From Blastocladiella emersonii ATCC 22665 (lineage: Eukaryota; Fungi; Blastocladiomycota): DNA of 64,000 nt. The translations under genes were made by a program, and so were the position numbers. Position 1 is the first letter of the stretch. Every line of letters begins with the position of its first letter. The stretch is taken from NCBI GenBank assembly GCA_025594325.1, contig JANHCV010000003.1:2578355-2642354 (forward strand). The letters are read 5' to 3'. Below the pieces are notes generated by a model. The model ran no database searches, was not told where the DNA came from, and saw only the letters and a program-made list of their open reading frames with translations. Below, piece after piece: positions 10,168-21,845 of the stretch.

Positions 10168-13100
10168 CTACGCGACGTACACGCGCGCCTGCGCAATCAC
10201 CCGGTGCCCGGTGAGGTCGACGAGCCCCGGGAACACGGTCCACGCGACCTCGGCCGTCGCCGCGCCGCTACCACCGCCCTTCGCGCCGCCGCCCTTCATC
10301 CCCGTAGTGTCGTGGACGCTGGGCCCGCCGACGACGATCATGAGCGCGTCGCGCACGGGACACCCAGCCTGCGGGACGACGAGCGCCGCGTACGCGCGCG
10401 CCGCCTTGATCCGGTACCACCGCACCGCCTGCGTCCACAGAAACTCGTCCCAGTCGATGCCGCCGCTCGCGAACGCCGCAGGGAACACGCGGGACAGGTC
10501 TTGCCGGAACTGCGCCGCGCCGACGCGCGCGACGAGCGCGAGCGCCGCAACCGGGTCGTCGCGTGCGTACTGCTGCGGCGGGTGGCCGCCCAGCGCGCCG
10601 GGTGCGAGCGCGGGCGAGGAGGAGGCGGCCGCCACCGCGTGCATCCCGGCGGGCCGCATCACGTCGCGCGCGCGCACGTCCCTTGCGACCGCGGCGATAT
10701 CGGCAAACAGGTGCGCGAGGTGTTTCGGCTTGGGCGCGGCGCGGCTTCCGTCGCGACTCACGACAAACAGCGCCGGGTGGACCACCGCGTCGAGGAACTT
10801 GCGCAGCAGGCCCGTCAGCTGGTGCAGGACCTGCGCGCGGTGCCGGCGCGCCGACGCGAGCCCGTCGACGGCGTGCAGCGACGCCGAGGCCATGACCGGG
10901 GACGCCGTTGGGTCGGTCGGGGTGAGCGGTTCCGGGGCGGCTGTCGACGAGTTGGAGACCGCAACGGCGTGCGCGGCGACCGTGCTCAGGTCCACGAACA
11001 TGGCGTACCAGTCGTCGAGCACGCCCGCGAGCGCGACCTCGGGGTCCGCGTCCGGCGACGAGTACGACGGGAACACGGACGCGAGGTCGTCCTCCTCGTT
11101 CGTCGCCATTGCGTGGTTTGCCGTGTGCGCGGGCGCGGGGTGATGGTGCTTGCGCCGCGCGGCCGTGGCCGTGGGCCGCAGCCCGAACGACGACAGCGTG
11201 ACCGAGCAGCCCGCGAGATCGAGCGGCGCGGGTTTCGGGCGCCGCTGCGACCCGGCGCGCGTCAGCGACAGCGCGAGCGACGCGACGGGCGTGGTTGAGC
11301 CGTACTCGTGGTGTTGATGAGCAGGCACGTCGCGCTGCGTGCGGCTCGTGGTCGCAGCAGCTGCGGCGGCGGCAGCCCGGTACTTGCTCCCCGACAGCGA
11401 CCGGCGGAGCCCGTGCACGGCGCCGGCGACGACGCGCAGCGCGCCCGAGGACTCGGTGCTCGCCCGCGGCATCGTCGCCGGAGTCACGAGCGCGGGGGCG
11501 GCGACGCGCGTGTCGAGCGACAGGGACACCTCGCTCTCGCGCAGCGCGGCCGGGACCAGGTACATGCTCTCCTCGGACCCGGGCGGGATCAGCAGCGAGT
11601 CGTGCGACGGGCGCTTGCGCGCCTTGGCCGCACCAAGCTCGCGCGCGGGCTCGAGGGCGTCGAGGTGCGGGCGCGGGGACATGTTGCCGTCGCCGGCGCG
11701 CAGCGACGCGTCTGACGGTGCCACGACGCCGTGGATCGGGAGCGAAAGGGCGCTCCCGCTGGCGAGCCGCTCGCGCGAAATGGACGCGACCTCGGCGCCG
11801 CCGTCCTCGTGGTCGTTCATGGGCAGCGTGTGCTGGCCGAGGGCCGCGGCGGCCGACGATGAGGCCGACGGCGTGCTGCGGAAGCTGATGGCGTACTGCG
11901 GGGCGGCCGTCGTCGTGGACGCGGTCGCGAGCGAGGCGGTCGCCGAGTCTGTCTTCTTGCCGTGACGTACCGCGGGCGACACGTCGGCCGCGCGCGCGTG
12001 CTTCGACGGCGCCATCAGGCTGCTGCCGTCGTTGGACCACGACGTGACCCAGGGGCTCGCGGGCGCGGTCCCGTTGACGGGCGTGTCGCACGGTGTCGCC
12101 GCCGAGTCGCAGGAGGCCGTCGAAGAGGAGGCAAAGTAGAGGCCCTTGCCCGGCAGCAGCGTGCCGCTGGTCCCCGTGCCCGTGCTGCTGGTCGGGCTCG
12201 CGGTCATGGCGCGGTGCGTAGTGCGGCGCGCAACGTCGGGCGACGCAGCAGCGGCGGTGGTGGCGAGGAGCGGGCCAAGCGACGCGTCGCTGGTGGCGCC
12301 GTCGCGGACCGTGTACAGGTGGGCGACGGAGCCGGGCGAAGCGGGCGAGCCAGCACGAATGATGGCCGAGGTGGCGGCGAGTGGCGACGGGACCGGGGTC
12401 TCGCACGGACCGGCCCAGCCGGAGGGCGCGCTGGCGCCGGTCGGCGAGGTGCGGGCGAAGGTGGAGCCCGGAGCGAGGACGAGGTGGTCGCGGGACGGCA
12501 CCTTGCGCGCGCGGCCGACCATCTCCTGGCGGCGGTCGTAGCGGCGCTTGCGGTTGCGACGGCGGCGGAGCAGGAGGAGGGCGGCGATGCACAGGGCGAG
12601 CAGGGCGAGGGCGCCGAGGACGGGGCCGACAATGAGCCAGGTGCGCGAGGCGGTCAAGTCCGAGGACGAGTCGTCGTCGGGGACGCTAGCACCCGTGGTC
12701 GCGGCGGTGCCCGCGCCCGTCGGGCTCGCAGGCGAGGAGCCGTTCTTGCCGCTGCCGGCGGCCGAGGCGACGGTGACGCGGCCGGTGCAGGCGATGGGGC
12801 CGACGATGCTCGAGTCGGGGCGGTTGAGGGTGACGCAGGCGGCGGGGTTGTCGTTGAAGCAGCCAATGACGGCGCCGGTGCGCGGGTCGGCGTCGGCGGC
12901 GGCGACGACCTCGTTGATACGCAGGCCTGATGGATGGCGCGGAGTAAGTCTCGATGACCATGCCACACGATCAAGCGGATGATGAGTACAGTACCAGCAG
13001 GAAGGCCCTGGAAGGCGGCGTCGCCGGGCGGGCCCGAGCAGCCGGGGTCGCAGGCGCTGACCGAAGCGCCGAGGGCGGCGGTACCGCGGGCGCGCACGTC

Positions 13101-13433
13101 GTCGACGAGGTCCGAGTGGATGACGAGGGTGCCCGAGGAACAGAGCAGGGCCACGTCCCGCAGCGGGGCGTTGTCCTTGCCGACGGTGGTGAAGGGGTAG
13201 ACGACGCAGCCGCGGATCGGGGCGGGGGCGCGCGGGTTGATGATCAGGTTGTCGATGGCGGTGCGGACGCCGGCGGGCAGGCGCAGCCAGTTGGCGGACG
13301 AGCGCCAGGCGGCGGCGTTGTGGGTCGGGCGGTACGACGGCATGGCGGCGCACGCGCCGAGCGGGAAGACGACGTCGGCGCCGGCGGGGGCGGCGGTCGC
13401 GGACGCGCGGGTCGACGAGGCGGTCGCGCTCAT
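10168..13433 (-). CDS. Single-pass membrane protein (~1065 aa): Cys-containing N-terminal region, long disordered cytosolic tail, folded C-terminal domain; exons 13433-12995, 12926-10168
   Basis: Intron 12927-12994 joins two track ORFs in frame. TM WLIVGPVLGALALLALCIAALLLL is followed by the stop-transfer RRRRNRKRR. Start uncertain. Confidence 0.7.
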
Positions 13434-14744
13434 GGCGGCAATGAGTGTGCGGTGCAGATGCAAGGGACGGCCGCGGCGGGAGAGCGATGGCTGGAGAGCA
13501 AGAGCGAGAACTCTATCGAGTCGAGATGGCGTCGCCGTCGAGTCGCCGCTGCTCACGAGTGGGTGGGCGCAGCGGCGAGGTGGGCGCGGGAAGCTGCCCG
13601 GCAGAGCAGGTCGGCGGGCAGAGGGCGATCGCAGCGGCCGAAGCAGCGAGGCAGCGGGTGGCGGTCGAGCAGAGCGGAGAGGAGGTCGGGACGGGACGGC
13701 ACGCGCGTCGCTGCAGGGACGGACAGTCTAGGGCGGCGCGGCGAGTGCAGCGACTCTACTCCATGTACATGTGCGAATCCACGATCAACGGGAGCGGGCG
13801 ACGTCGGCCGGGTGGCAACCGAAAACTCAAACGGCTACACCGCACACGTGACGCGATGGCAGGGCTCGACATGGCAGCTGCCACACCGCAGGCACACCCC
13901 ATTGCCGCTCGGAGGGGCGCAGAGGTTCACCGCGACGATGAGGTCGATCACTGACACGGCGAGGCACGCGCTCTTGCACATGCGCCGTGGTGGCCGTGTC
14001 TGCGCCGCCGTATCGCATCGGGGAGCGAGTCGGTGAGCAGGCGAGCCGGGCGTGCATGTGCCTTGAGCGAGAAAAGAGAAGAGGGAAATTGGGCGTGGCC
14101 TTGCGGGCAGCGAGCAGTGGCGACCGCGATAAGGGGGGCAACGGGGGCGGCGGCAGCGGCGCGGTCGGCCGATCAGATCGCGGCGTGGCGCCGAACGCCC
14201 GATCGCGGCCGGCGCGTCGGCGGGTTGCCTCGCGCTGTGCGCCGCGGCCTCGCGCTCGACACGGCCACCCGCCCGGGCCGACCAGCTCCGCTCACATGGG
14301 CCAAATGAGTGGCGGGTCCGCGCTGCTCCCGCGCTCGCGCGCGCGTCCGGCCGGCTGCCTGGGGGCCGGGCAAGGCGGCGCCCTCCAGGGCGCCCTCCCC
14401 TGAGCGTGCCAGGAAGCCCCAAACCGATGATTCGGCCCTCGGTGCGCGACGCGACTGCAGTCGCATTGCAGTCGCATTCCTTCCCACGCACCAGGTCGAT
14501 CCGCGGCGATCGGGCGCGCCCGCCGCTCGCCTGTCAGTGCAGCACGGCGAGTGGTGCGGACAGGAAGGCGACGGAACGGACAGCGCAGCTCGAGGCGCTG
14601 CCGAATCCGTGCGCTCCGCTGCCCCAACCCACCCCCCACCGATACGCGACGCACTTCTTTCGCAACTTGCTGCAACTTGCTCTCGGCGCGGGCGCCGTTC
14701 TCCACCTGCCCGCCGTCGCCGCCCCCGCGGCCTCCCGCCCCGCC

Positions 14745-17700
14745 ATGCCGTCCCCACCGCGGCTGCCGCTGCCGCTGGCCCGCGCGAGCACCCACTCGTC
14801 GTCTTCCCCGCCACCACCGCGCCCGTGCCGCCACCCCCTCGACCGCTGCTGGTGCCCCGGACCCGGCCGCCGCAGCAGCAGCACTGCGTCGCGCTCGCGC
14901 TCGCGCTCCCGCATCCGCGTCGACGCCGCTGCCGTCGCAACCACCGCCCCGCCCGCCGGCACCCACTTTATCGCTGTCGGCGGCAGCACCGGCAGCACCG
15001 GCAGTAGCCATCGGGACCATACTCGCCCGACTGGTCCAATCCAGCGGCCCGCGCGACGATCCTCCTCCGATGGCGACTGCAGCGGCAGCAGCAAGGGCGC
15101 CGCCGTGAGCCCGCGCCGGCTGCGCGTCCTCCGCCTCGCCTCGCTGTACGGGCCCGCGCTGCTGGTCCTCCTCATCGCCGCCGCCGCCACCATCCTCGCC
15201 CACCGCTCCGTGCGCTACGTCGAGTGGAAGAAGTTTGTCTCGGCCGTCGGCACCCGCTGCTCGATCCAGGCCAGCAAGTTCGAGTCCGAGCTCAACGGCC
15301 GCCTGCTGACCCCGACCCGCGCCATGGCCGCCTTCGTCGCCGGCCGCGCCGCACCCGTCGGCGACGACGTCCTCGCCCGCCTGTGCAGGGCCACCAACTT
15401 CTCCTCGCTCAACCGCGCCCTCGTCGCCGAGCGCGTGCCCGACGCTGACCGCGCCGCCTGGGAGCAGCGCACCGGCATCACCATCAAGGAAATCGACCTC
15501 TTTGGCGACCCGCAGTCGGGCGTCCGCGTCTCGCAGTTCCGCCCGCGCCCGCCCGGCAGCCGGCCCGAGTACTGGCCGGGCATCGCCACCGCGCCCAAGA
15601 ACACGTCGATCCTCGGCCTCGACGTCAACGATGGCGTCCGCGCCCCCGCCTTCCTCGCCGCCGCCTACCGCACCAGCGCCGACGGCGCCCTGTCCAACGC
15701 CTTCCCGCTCGTCGCCGCCGCCACCGAGCCCGACGATCCCGCCGGGTCCTACTCGTATGGCATCGTCTACTACGCGCCGAGCTTCGACGTGCCCACCAAC
15801 GCGTCGGGCACCCCCGGCAATACCACCTACGTCGTGTCGCTCGCTTTCAACCTGCGCCGCTTCATGGACACGGCCATCTGCCCGCCCTCGGTCGCCAGCT
15901 ACATGCGCTACACGCTCTACGTCAACAACACGGTCGCCTACGTGTCGCCGTCGTTCCCGACCGACGGCGCCCCCACGGGGCTCGCCGTCCGCCGCAGACT
16001 CACCCTCGGCGGCCAGCCCATCATGCTCCTGTGCCAGCCCACGGCGCCCTCGGCCGCGCTCTACCTCACCATGTGGCAGATCTACGCCCCCATCATCGCC
16101 GCCGTCGCCGGCGCCCTCCTCACCTTCACCGTCTACCGCCTCACGCGCCGCTTCCAGTGGTCGCGCAAGGTTCGTTTCCTCTTGTGTGGCTACTGCTGCC
16201 ATGACACTCGCTAAACCAAGACTTGTGTGTAGGTCGAGGACCTCCTCGGCAGCTGGCGCAGCTACTCGCAGGCCGTCATCCAGGCCAACCCAAACGGCAT
16301 GATCCTCGTCGACCACGCCGGCATGGTCACGGGCGTGAACGAGCCGCTCATGATGCTCGCCGGACACAACTGCACGTCGATCCAGTCCGTGTTCCAGATC
16401 ACGGACCTGCTCAAGCTCATCCCGCCCCCGGACGGCGACCGCCGTCACCGTGAGCGTGAGCATGAGCGGAACCAGGCCGCCGCCGACGACCACGACCACC
16501 GTGACGGCACTTGCGAAACGGACGCCCTGCTCGGCTCGCCGCCCCGCCCGCCCCGCAGCCGGTCCCAACACCACTACCGCCACGCGAACACGGACGCGCA
16601 CCACCGGCGCCGCCGCCGCCAGTCGCCGTCGCCCGAGTGGACCCGCAACCCGCGCGTGCACCAGCAGCTGCTCCTCGCGCCGGGCCGCCGCGAGGCCCAG
16701 CTCCTCGGCCCGCACGGCGCCCTCACCGACGTGGTCGTGAGCGTGTCGGAGCCGACGGACGACCCGGAGGTCAGCCAGGTGCTCGTGCTCACGGACCTGA
16801 CGGAGCAGCGCGCGCGCGACCGCCAGCTCAACGAGCTCCTCGAGGAGACCAAGTCGCTCAACCAGCGCCAGCGCCGCCTGCTGCTGTTCCTCGCACACGA
16901 GCTGCGCAACCCCGTCTACGTGATCCAGGGCACCATGCAGGCCGTCGAGTCCGACGTCGACCGGTCCGCGGTCCTCGCCGCCGCCGAGCACATGCGCGCG
17001 CTCCTCGAGGGCGTCGTCGAGTACATGGGCGCGGCCGACGGCAACGACGGTGACGCGGCCGAGGTCAGCGAGTCGGCCGAGGGTGGGTGGTACCACGTCG
17101 ACGTCGCGGCCGAGAGCCTGCACGACCTGCCCGCGTGTCCACTCGCTGCGCCACCACCCGCGGCCGCAACATCGCCCGCCTGCGTGTGCGTGTCGCCCCT
17201 TACGCGGCGCGCGCTCGCCAAGATCGCCGTCGTCGGGCGCACGATCCCGGGCACCGCGGCCAACGGGTGGAGCGTGCTCGACTCCCCGCCGCCGGCACGC
17301 GCCGAGGTCCGCCTGTGGCTCCCGCCGACGCTCGCGCCGCACGAGGTCAAGGCGCTGACCACGCGGTTCGACTGGTCAGTCCCTGGCCAGGGCGCCGAGT
17401 TCCGCCTCCTCGGGCTGCAGGTCGCGGCGCTCCGCCGACTCGTCGAGCGCGCCGGCGGCAGCGTCAGCGTGGCCCGGTGCGCGCCGTCCGAGCCGGGCTC
17501 CGGGTACGTGCTCGCGGTATGCGTCCCCGTCCGCGCGTGCCCCGCGCCGCCCGGCGCCCCGTGCCCGCTGCAGTCCATCAAGCCGCCAGCGCCGACGCGC
17601 GATGCGTGGCCAGCAACCGCACCGACGTCGCCCGTGCCCTCGCGGCCGCCATCGGGTGGCTGTTCACCGCCCGCCACGACCGCCGCCGCCGTGTCGTCCG

Positions 17701-18359
17701 CGCTTCCGGTTCCCGCGGATCCGCCAGAAACGAGGCCCGCGGCCGCTGTATCAGCAGACTTGCTCCCGCCGCCGCCGCCACCGCCTGACCCGGCCGCGCG
17801 GGCGCCCAGCCCTGTAGCGCAGTGCGCTTCGCCTCCAGCCGCTGCCGCGCACGATACCACGTCGCCCGATGCCGCTGCCGCTGCCGCTGCTGCGCCCGGC
17901 GCACCACCACCGCCGCAGGAACGCACGGCCGTCCTCGTGGTCGAGGACAACGAGCTCGTGCAGCGGATCACGGTGGCGACGCTGCGGCGCGCGGGGCACG
18001 TCGTGCACACGGCGGCCAACGGGCAGGAGGCGCTCGACGCGCTGCTGACGCCCGGCTCGCCCGCGCGCGCGGCCGTCGGCGTGGTCCTCATGGACCTGAT
18101 GATGCCCGTGCTCGACGGGGTCGAGGCGACGCGGCGGTTGCGCGCCACCGACGACGCGCATGTCGCGTCGCTGCCCGTGATCGCCATCACGGCGAACGTG
18201 CTGCGTGAGGAGCTCGTGCGGTGCTACCGCGCCGGGTTCACGGGGTTCATGGCGAAACCCGTGCCGAAGCCGCGGCTGCTCGGCGCCGTGGCCGCGGCGC
18301 TCGCGGGCACCGCGGCCGGCGGCGGGTACGAGTGGCCCGACGACCTGCTCGACTCGTGA
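14745..18359 (+). CDS. HK3: membrane hybrid histidine-kinase-like receptor TM-CHASE-TM-PAS-HisKA-degenerate HATPase-REC; exons 14745-16169, 16233-18359 (~1183 aa)
   Basis: CHASE-like ERVPDADRAAWE...EYWP...ILGLDV. Intron 16170-16232 in phase 0. PAS AVIQANPNGMILVDHAG, FLAHELRNP, REC VVEDN/MDLMMPVLDG/ITAN/FMAKP. Confidence 0.9.
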
Positions 18360-18732
18360 ACACACATACATGTAAAGACAGACACACGTCAATCAACAGG
18401 GCAACCGTTCTTCTCCCGCTTCCGCGAGCGCCAGGCCCGTATCGCGATGCCGCGGCGGCATCATGCTAGCTCCATGCCCCGGTTCGGCACCATCGGTCGC
18501 GATCGGGCGCCGTCCTGAGCGCCGTGCCGCGCGCGGGCGCAAAGGGCTTCCCAAAGTGATCGGCGCGCCAAAACGTGACGCCGGCGCCGGTTGACGCCAC
18601 GACTTGCGCCGCGAGAAGCGAAGCGCGGCAGGGGATCGCCGCAGGAAGCCTTCGCTTGTCGCCCTGCGCACACCGCGCCCATCGCAACCCGCCCTGCCCA
18701 TGTAACCTGCCGTGTCCCAACTCGCCGCAACG

Positions 18733-21494
18733 ATGCCGCCATGGGTCCGCCTCCCAACCGCCGCCGCGCGCGACGCGGCAGCAATCCACGAGCACGACGC
18801 GGCGGCCCGCGGCGGTTCGGACGCGACGCTCGTGTTCAGCAGCGATTCTGCCGCTGCTGCCCCCGGCCCTGCACCGCCACCGCCGCTAGCCAAGCGCACG
18901 CGCGTCCAGCGTGCCGCGCAGTGGGCCATCTTCGTGGTCCCGGCCGCCGTCGTCTGCCTCGCGATCGGTACGGGCGCGGCCCCTGCACCATGCGACGGGG
19001 CCCTTAGCCTAACAGCCGCGGCACGGTAGGGCTCGCCGTCTACACGCACCTTGAGATCCGCGCGACCGAGGTGCGCAATGTCGACCAGGTCTACACCTTC
19101 CGCTGCACGCAGCAGGCACAGCGGCTGCGCAACGACCTGCAGAGCCAGCTCGTCGACCCGAGCCTCTACTTTCGCACCTACGTCACCATGCTCGGCGCCG
19201 TGAACCAGTCCGCCGTGTCGAGTTTCGGGGATGAGGGCGGCATTTCGCCGTTCCTGCGCTTCGTCATCATGCAGCGCGTGCTCGACGCCGACCGTGCCGC
19301 GTGGGAGGCCGCCACGGGCACCGTCATCACCGTTCCCAACGCCATCAACACGTCGGGGGTCGGCAGCGCTGTCCGCCGCCCCGACAGCGCCGCAAGCGTG
19401 TACTGGCCCGTCCGCTACACGTGGCCGCGCAACGACACCATCGCCGGGATCGACGGCGCCTTCGGCTCGCGCGCTGTCGTGCTCAACCGCGCCATCGCGA
19501 CCGGCGAGTACCAGATCTCGGACGTGGTCCCGCTCGTCGCACCGCGCGTCTTCGCGGCACCCGGCATTGTCCTGTTCACCCCGCCCGTCGACCGCGCCAT
19601 CGACCGCACGACGTGGATCTCGTGGACCGGGTTCAACGTACGCTCTGGCTTGGTTTGGGATGTGCTCATGCGCCGCTCATCACGGCCCGACGCTGTAGAT
19701 TGTCCCGTACCTCGAGTCCACCATGACCCCGACCGCGCGCTCCTCACTGGTCCGCATGCGCGTCGCTATCAACGGCACCAGCGTGTACAGGAGCCCGGTC
19801 CCGCCCAACGACCCGCCCGACTTTGCCGCCTCGCACACGGAGCCCATCCTCCTCGGCGGTCAGACCTTCACGCTCGAGTGCGCGCCGTCGACCGCGCTCC
19901 GCGCCATCTTCGCGTCTGGGTGGGCCGCTGGCGCGCCGATCCTCGTTGTGGTCGGCGGACTCGCACTCGCTGCGCTCGTGCACCAGATCCTCAAGCGGCT
20001 TCAGCGCCTGCGAGCGGTACGTTCGTGACGGTGGTATCGTTCGATCGGACACTGACGCGCGCAACGTGAGGGGTGTAGACCGAGTCGCTCATCGGGTCAT
20101 GGAAGGGCTATACCGAGGCCATCATGCAGGCCACGCCCAACCCGATGATCATGCTCGACGCGCGCGGCGACATCTCGGTACCGTATCCCAGCACGACGCC
20201 CACTCACCTCGCAGCGCGGCTCTGACCGGTGCATGTGTAGGGCGTCAACGAACCGCTTCTCGCCCTGACCGGCCACACGCCCGGATCCGTGAGCCAGATC
20301 CGCGACCTGCGCGAAATGCTCCGCGTCGCCGAGCCGCGCTCGCCGCCCGCCTCGCGGCTTTTCGTGCGCCGCGGGAGCACCGATCCAGCTGACGAGGGTG
20401 TCGATGTGAGCGACGCGTTCTTGGCTGCCCAGCGCCGGGCGCGGGCGGCGAATGATGACGAGACCGACGACGATTACGACGAGGACGACGATGACGGCGA
20501 CGCGCAGACCCGCGCCCTGGTCACGCCCGGACGCCGCGAGGTGCACGTCCTCCGGCCCGCGCCGGGCGCCGACCCGATCGACGCCATGGCAACCGTCTCG
20601 CACGCGACGGGCAACTCGGTCGTCAACCAGGTCATTGTGATCACGGACCTGACCGAGCAGCGGCGGCGCGACCGACGGCTCGCGGAGCTCCTGCGCGAGA
20701 CGGAGCTGCTGACGGCGCAGCAGCGGCACCTGCTCCTCTACCTCGCGCACGAGCTGCGCAACCCCGTGTACGTGATCCAGGGCAACGTCGCCGCGGCGAA
20801 CGGTCAAGACGCGCCGCCCGTCGACCGCGAGGCCGTCATGACCGCCACCGAGCACATGTGCGCGCTACTCGACGGCGTCGTCGAGTATATCGAGGTCGGC
20901 GCCGGGCTGCCGCGGTGCACCAACTCGGGCGCCGCCATCGACGCGGCCGTCACGGCGGGATCCGCGCCGCCCGTCGCGCCGCCGCCGCTGCCGAGCGACC
21001 CGCTCCGCAAGCGCATGCACGTCGACCTGGCGCACGCGCTCGCTCTGCCCCCAGGGGTCGCCGTCACGGGGCTCGACCCGATTCACATGACGGCGGCCGC
21101 GCTGCGCGCGCTGTCCAAGCTTGACGATCTGACGCGCTCGGTCCCTGGCTCCTACCTCTCGTCCATTGCCGTCACGCCCGCGACTCCCGCTACCGGCGAC
21201 TGGCCGGGGCGGAGGCCGCCGCTTACCGTGACCGTGACCGCGACGCTTTCGATCGCGGTCCCCGACGACGCGCGCATCCAGTCCGTGACGGCGCAGCCAT
21301 TCAACTGGACCATCTCGGGGCTCGGCGACGCGTTCCACCTGCTCGGGCTCCGGCTCGCGATCCTCATGCGGCTCGCGGCGCTCGCTAAGGGCGGCGTCGG
21401 GGTGCGCGCCGCACAACGCCAGGCCGTCGTTACGGTGCCCGCGTGGCCGTGCGCGGCGCCGTGTCCGCGGGCGGGGCCGGCGACAGAGGCGTGA
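18733..21494 (+). CDS. HK4: TM-CHASE-TM-PAS-HisKA-degenerate HATPase without receiver; exons 18733-18967, 19030-19637, 19699-20016, 20079-20177, 20241-21494 (~837 aa)
   Basis: Four GT-AG introns of 61-63 nt join the track ORFs in frame. QRVLDADRAAWE...VYWPVRYTWP...GID, AIMQATPNPMIMLDARG, YLAHELRNP. Stop TGA directly after the HATPase-like fold. Confidence 0.85.
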
Positions 21495-21845
21495 CGGTGA
21501 CGCGCCCGAGGCGGAGGAGACACACATGTACATATAGGGACAGGACACGATACACCTGCACCTTCCTGCATCTCGCGCGCTTGTGCGTGCGGGCGAGAGT
21601 GGCGCAGCGCGTGCGCGCAAGCTCGCGCGTGACCCGTTTGATGTTCTGCAAAGCCACGGCATGTCTGTTTCCAGAACGGCTGCTTACGTCGAGTGGGCCG
21701 GCCAAGCCCCGTCCGCCGTCCTGCGCGAAACGAGGTCGCGGCCGCGTAGCCGGACCGCGGCCAGCGTCCATCGCGAGGCCGACCCTGCCCGCGCTCTCTC
21801 CGACCTTGATCAACACACACACGTATTGCACATGTAACCCTGCTG

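Noticed and set aside
1-21494. Bacterial origin or contamination suggested by two-component and substrate-binding-protein genes
   Set aside because: These genes carry canonical spliceosomal introns like their neighbours and are interleaved with eukaryotic genes.
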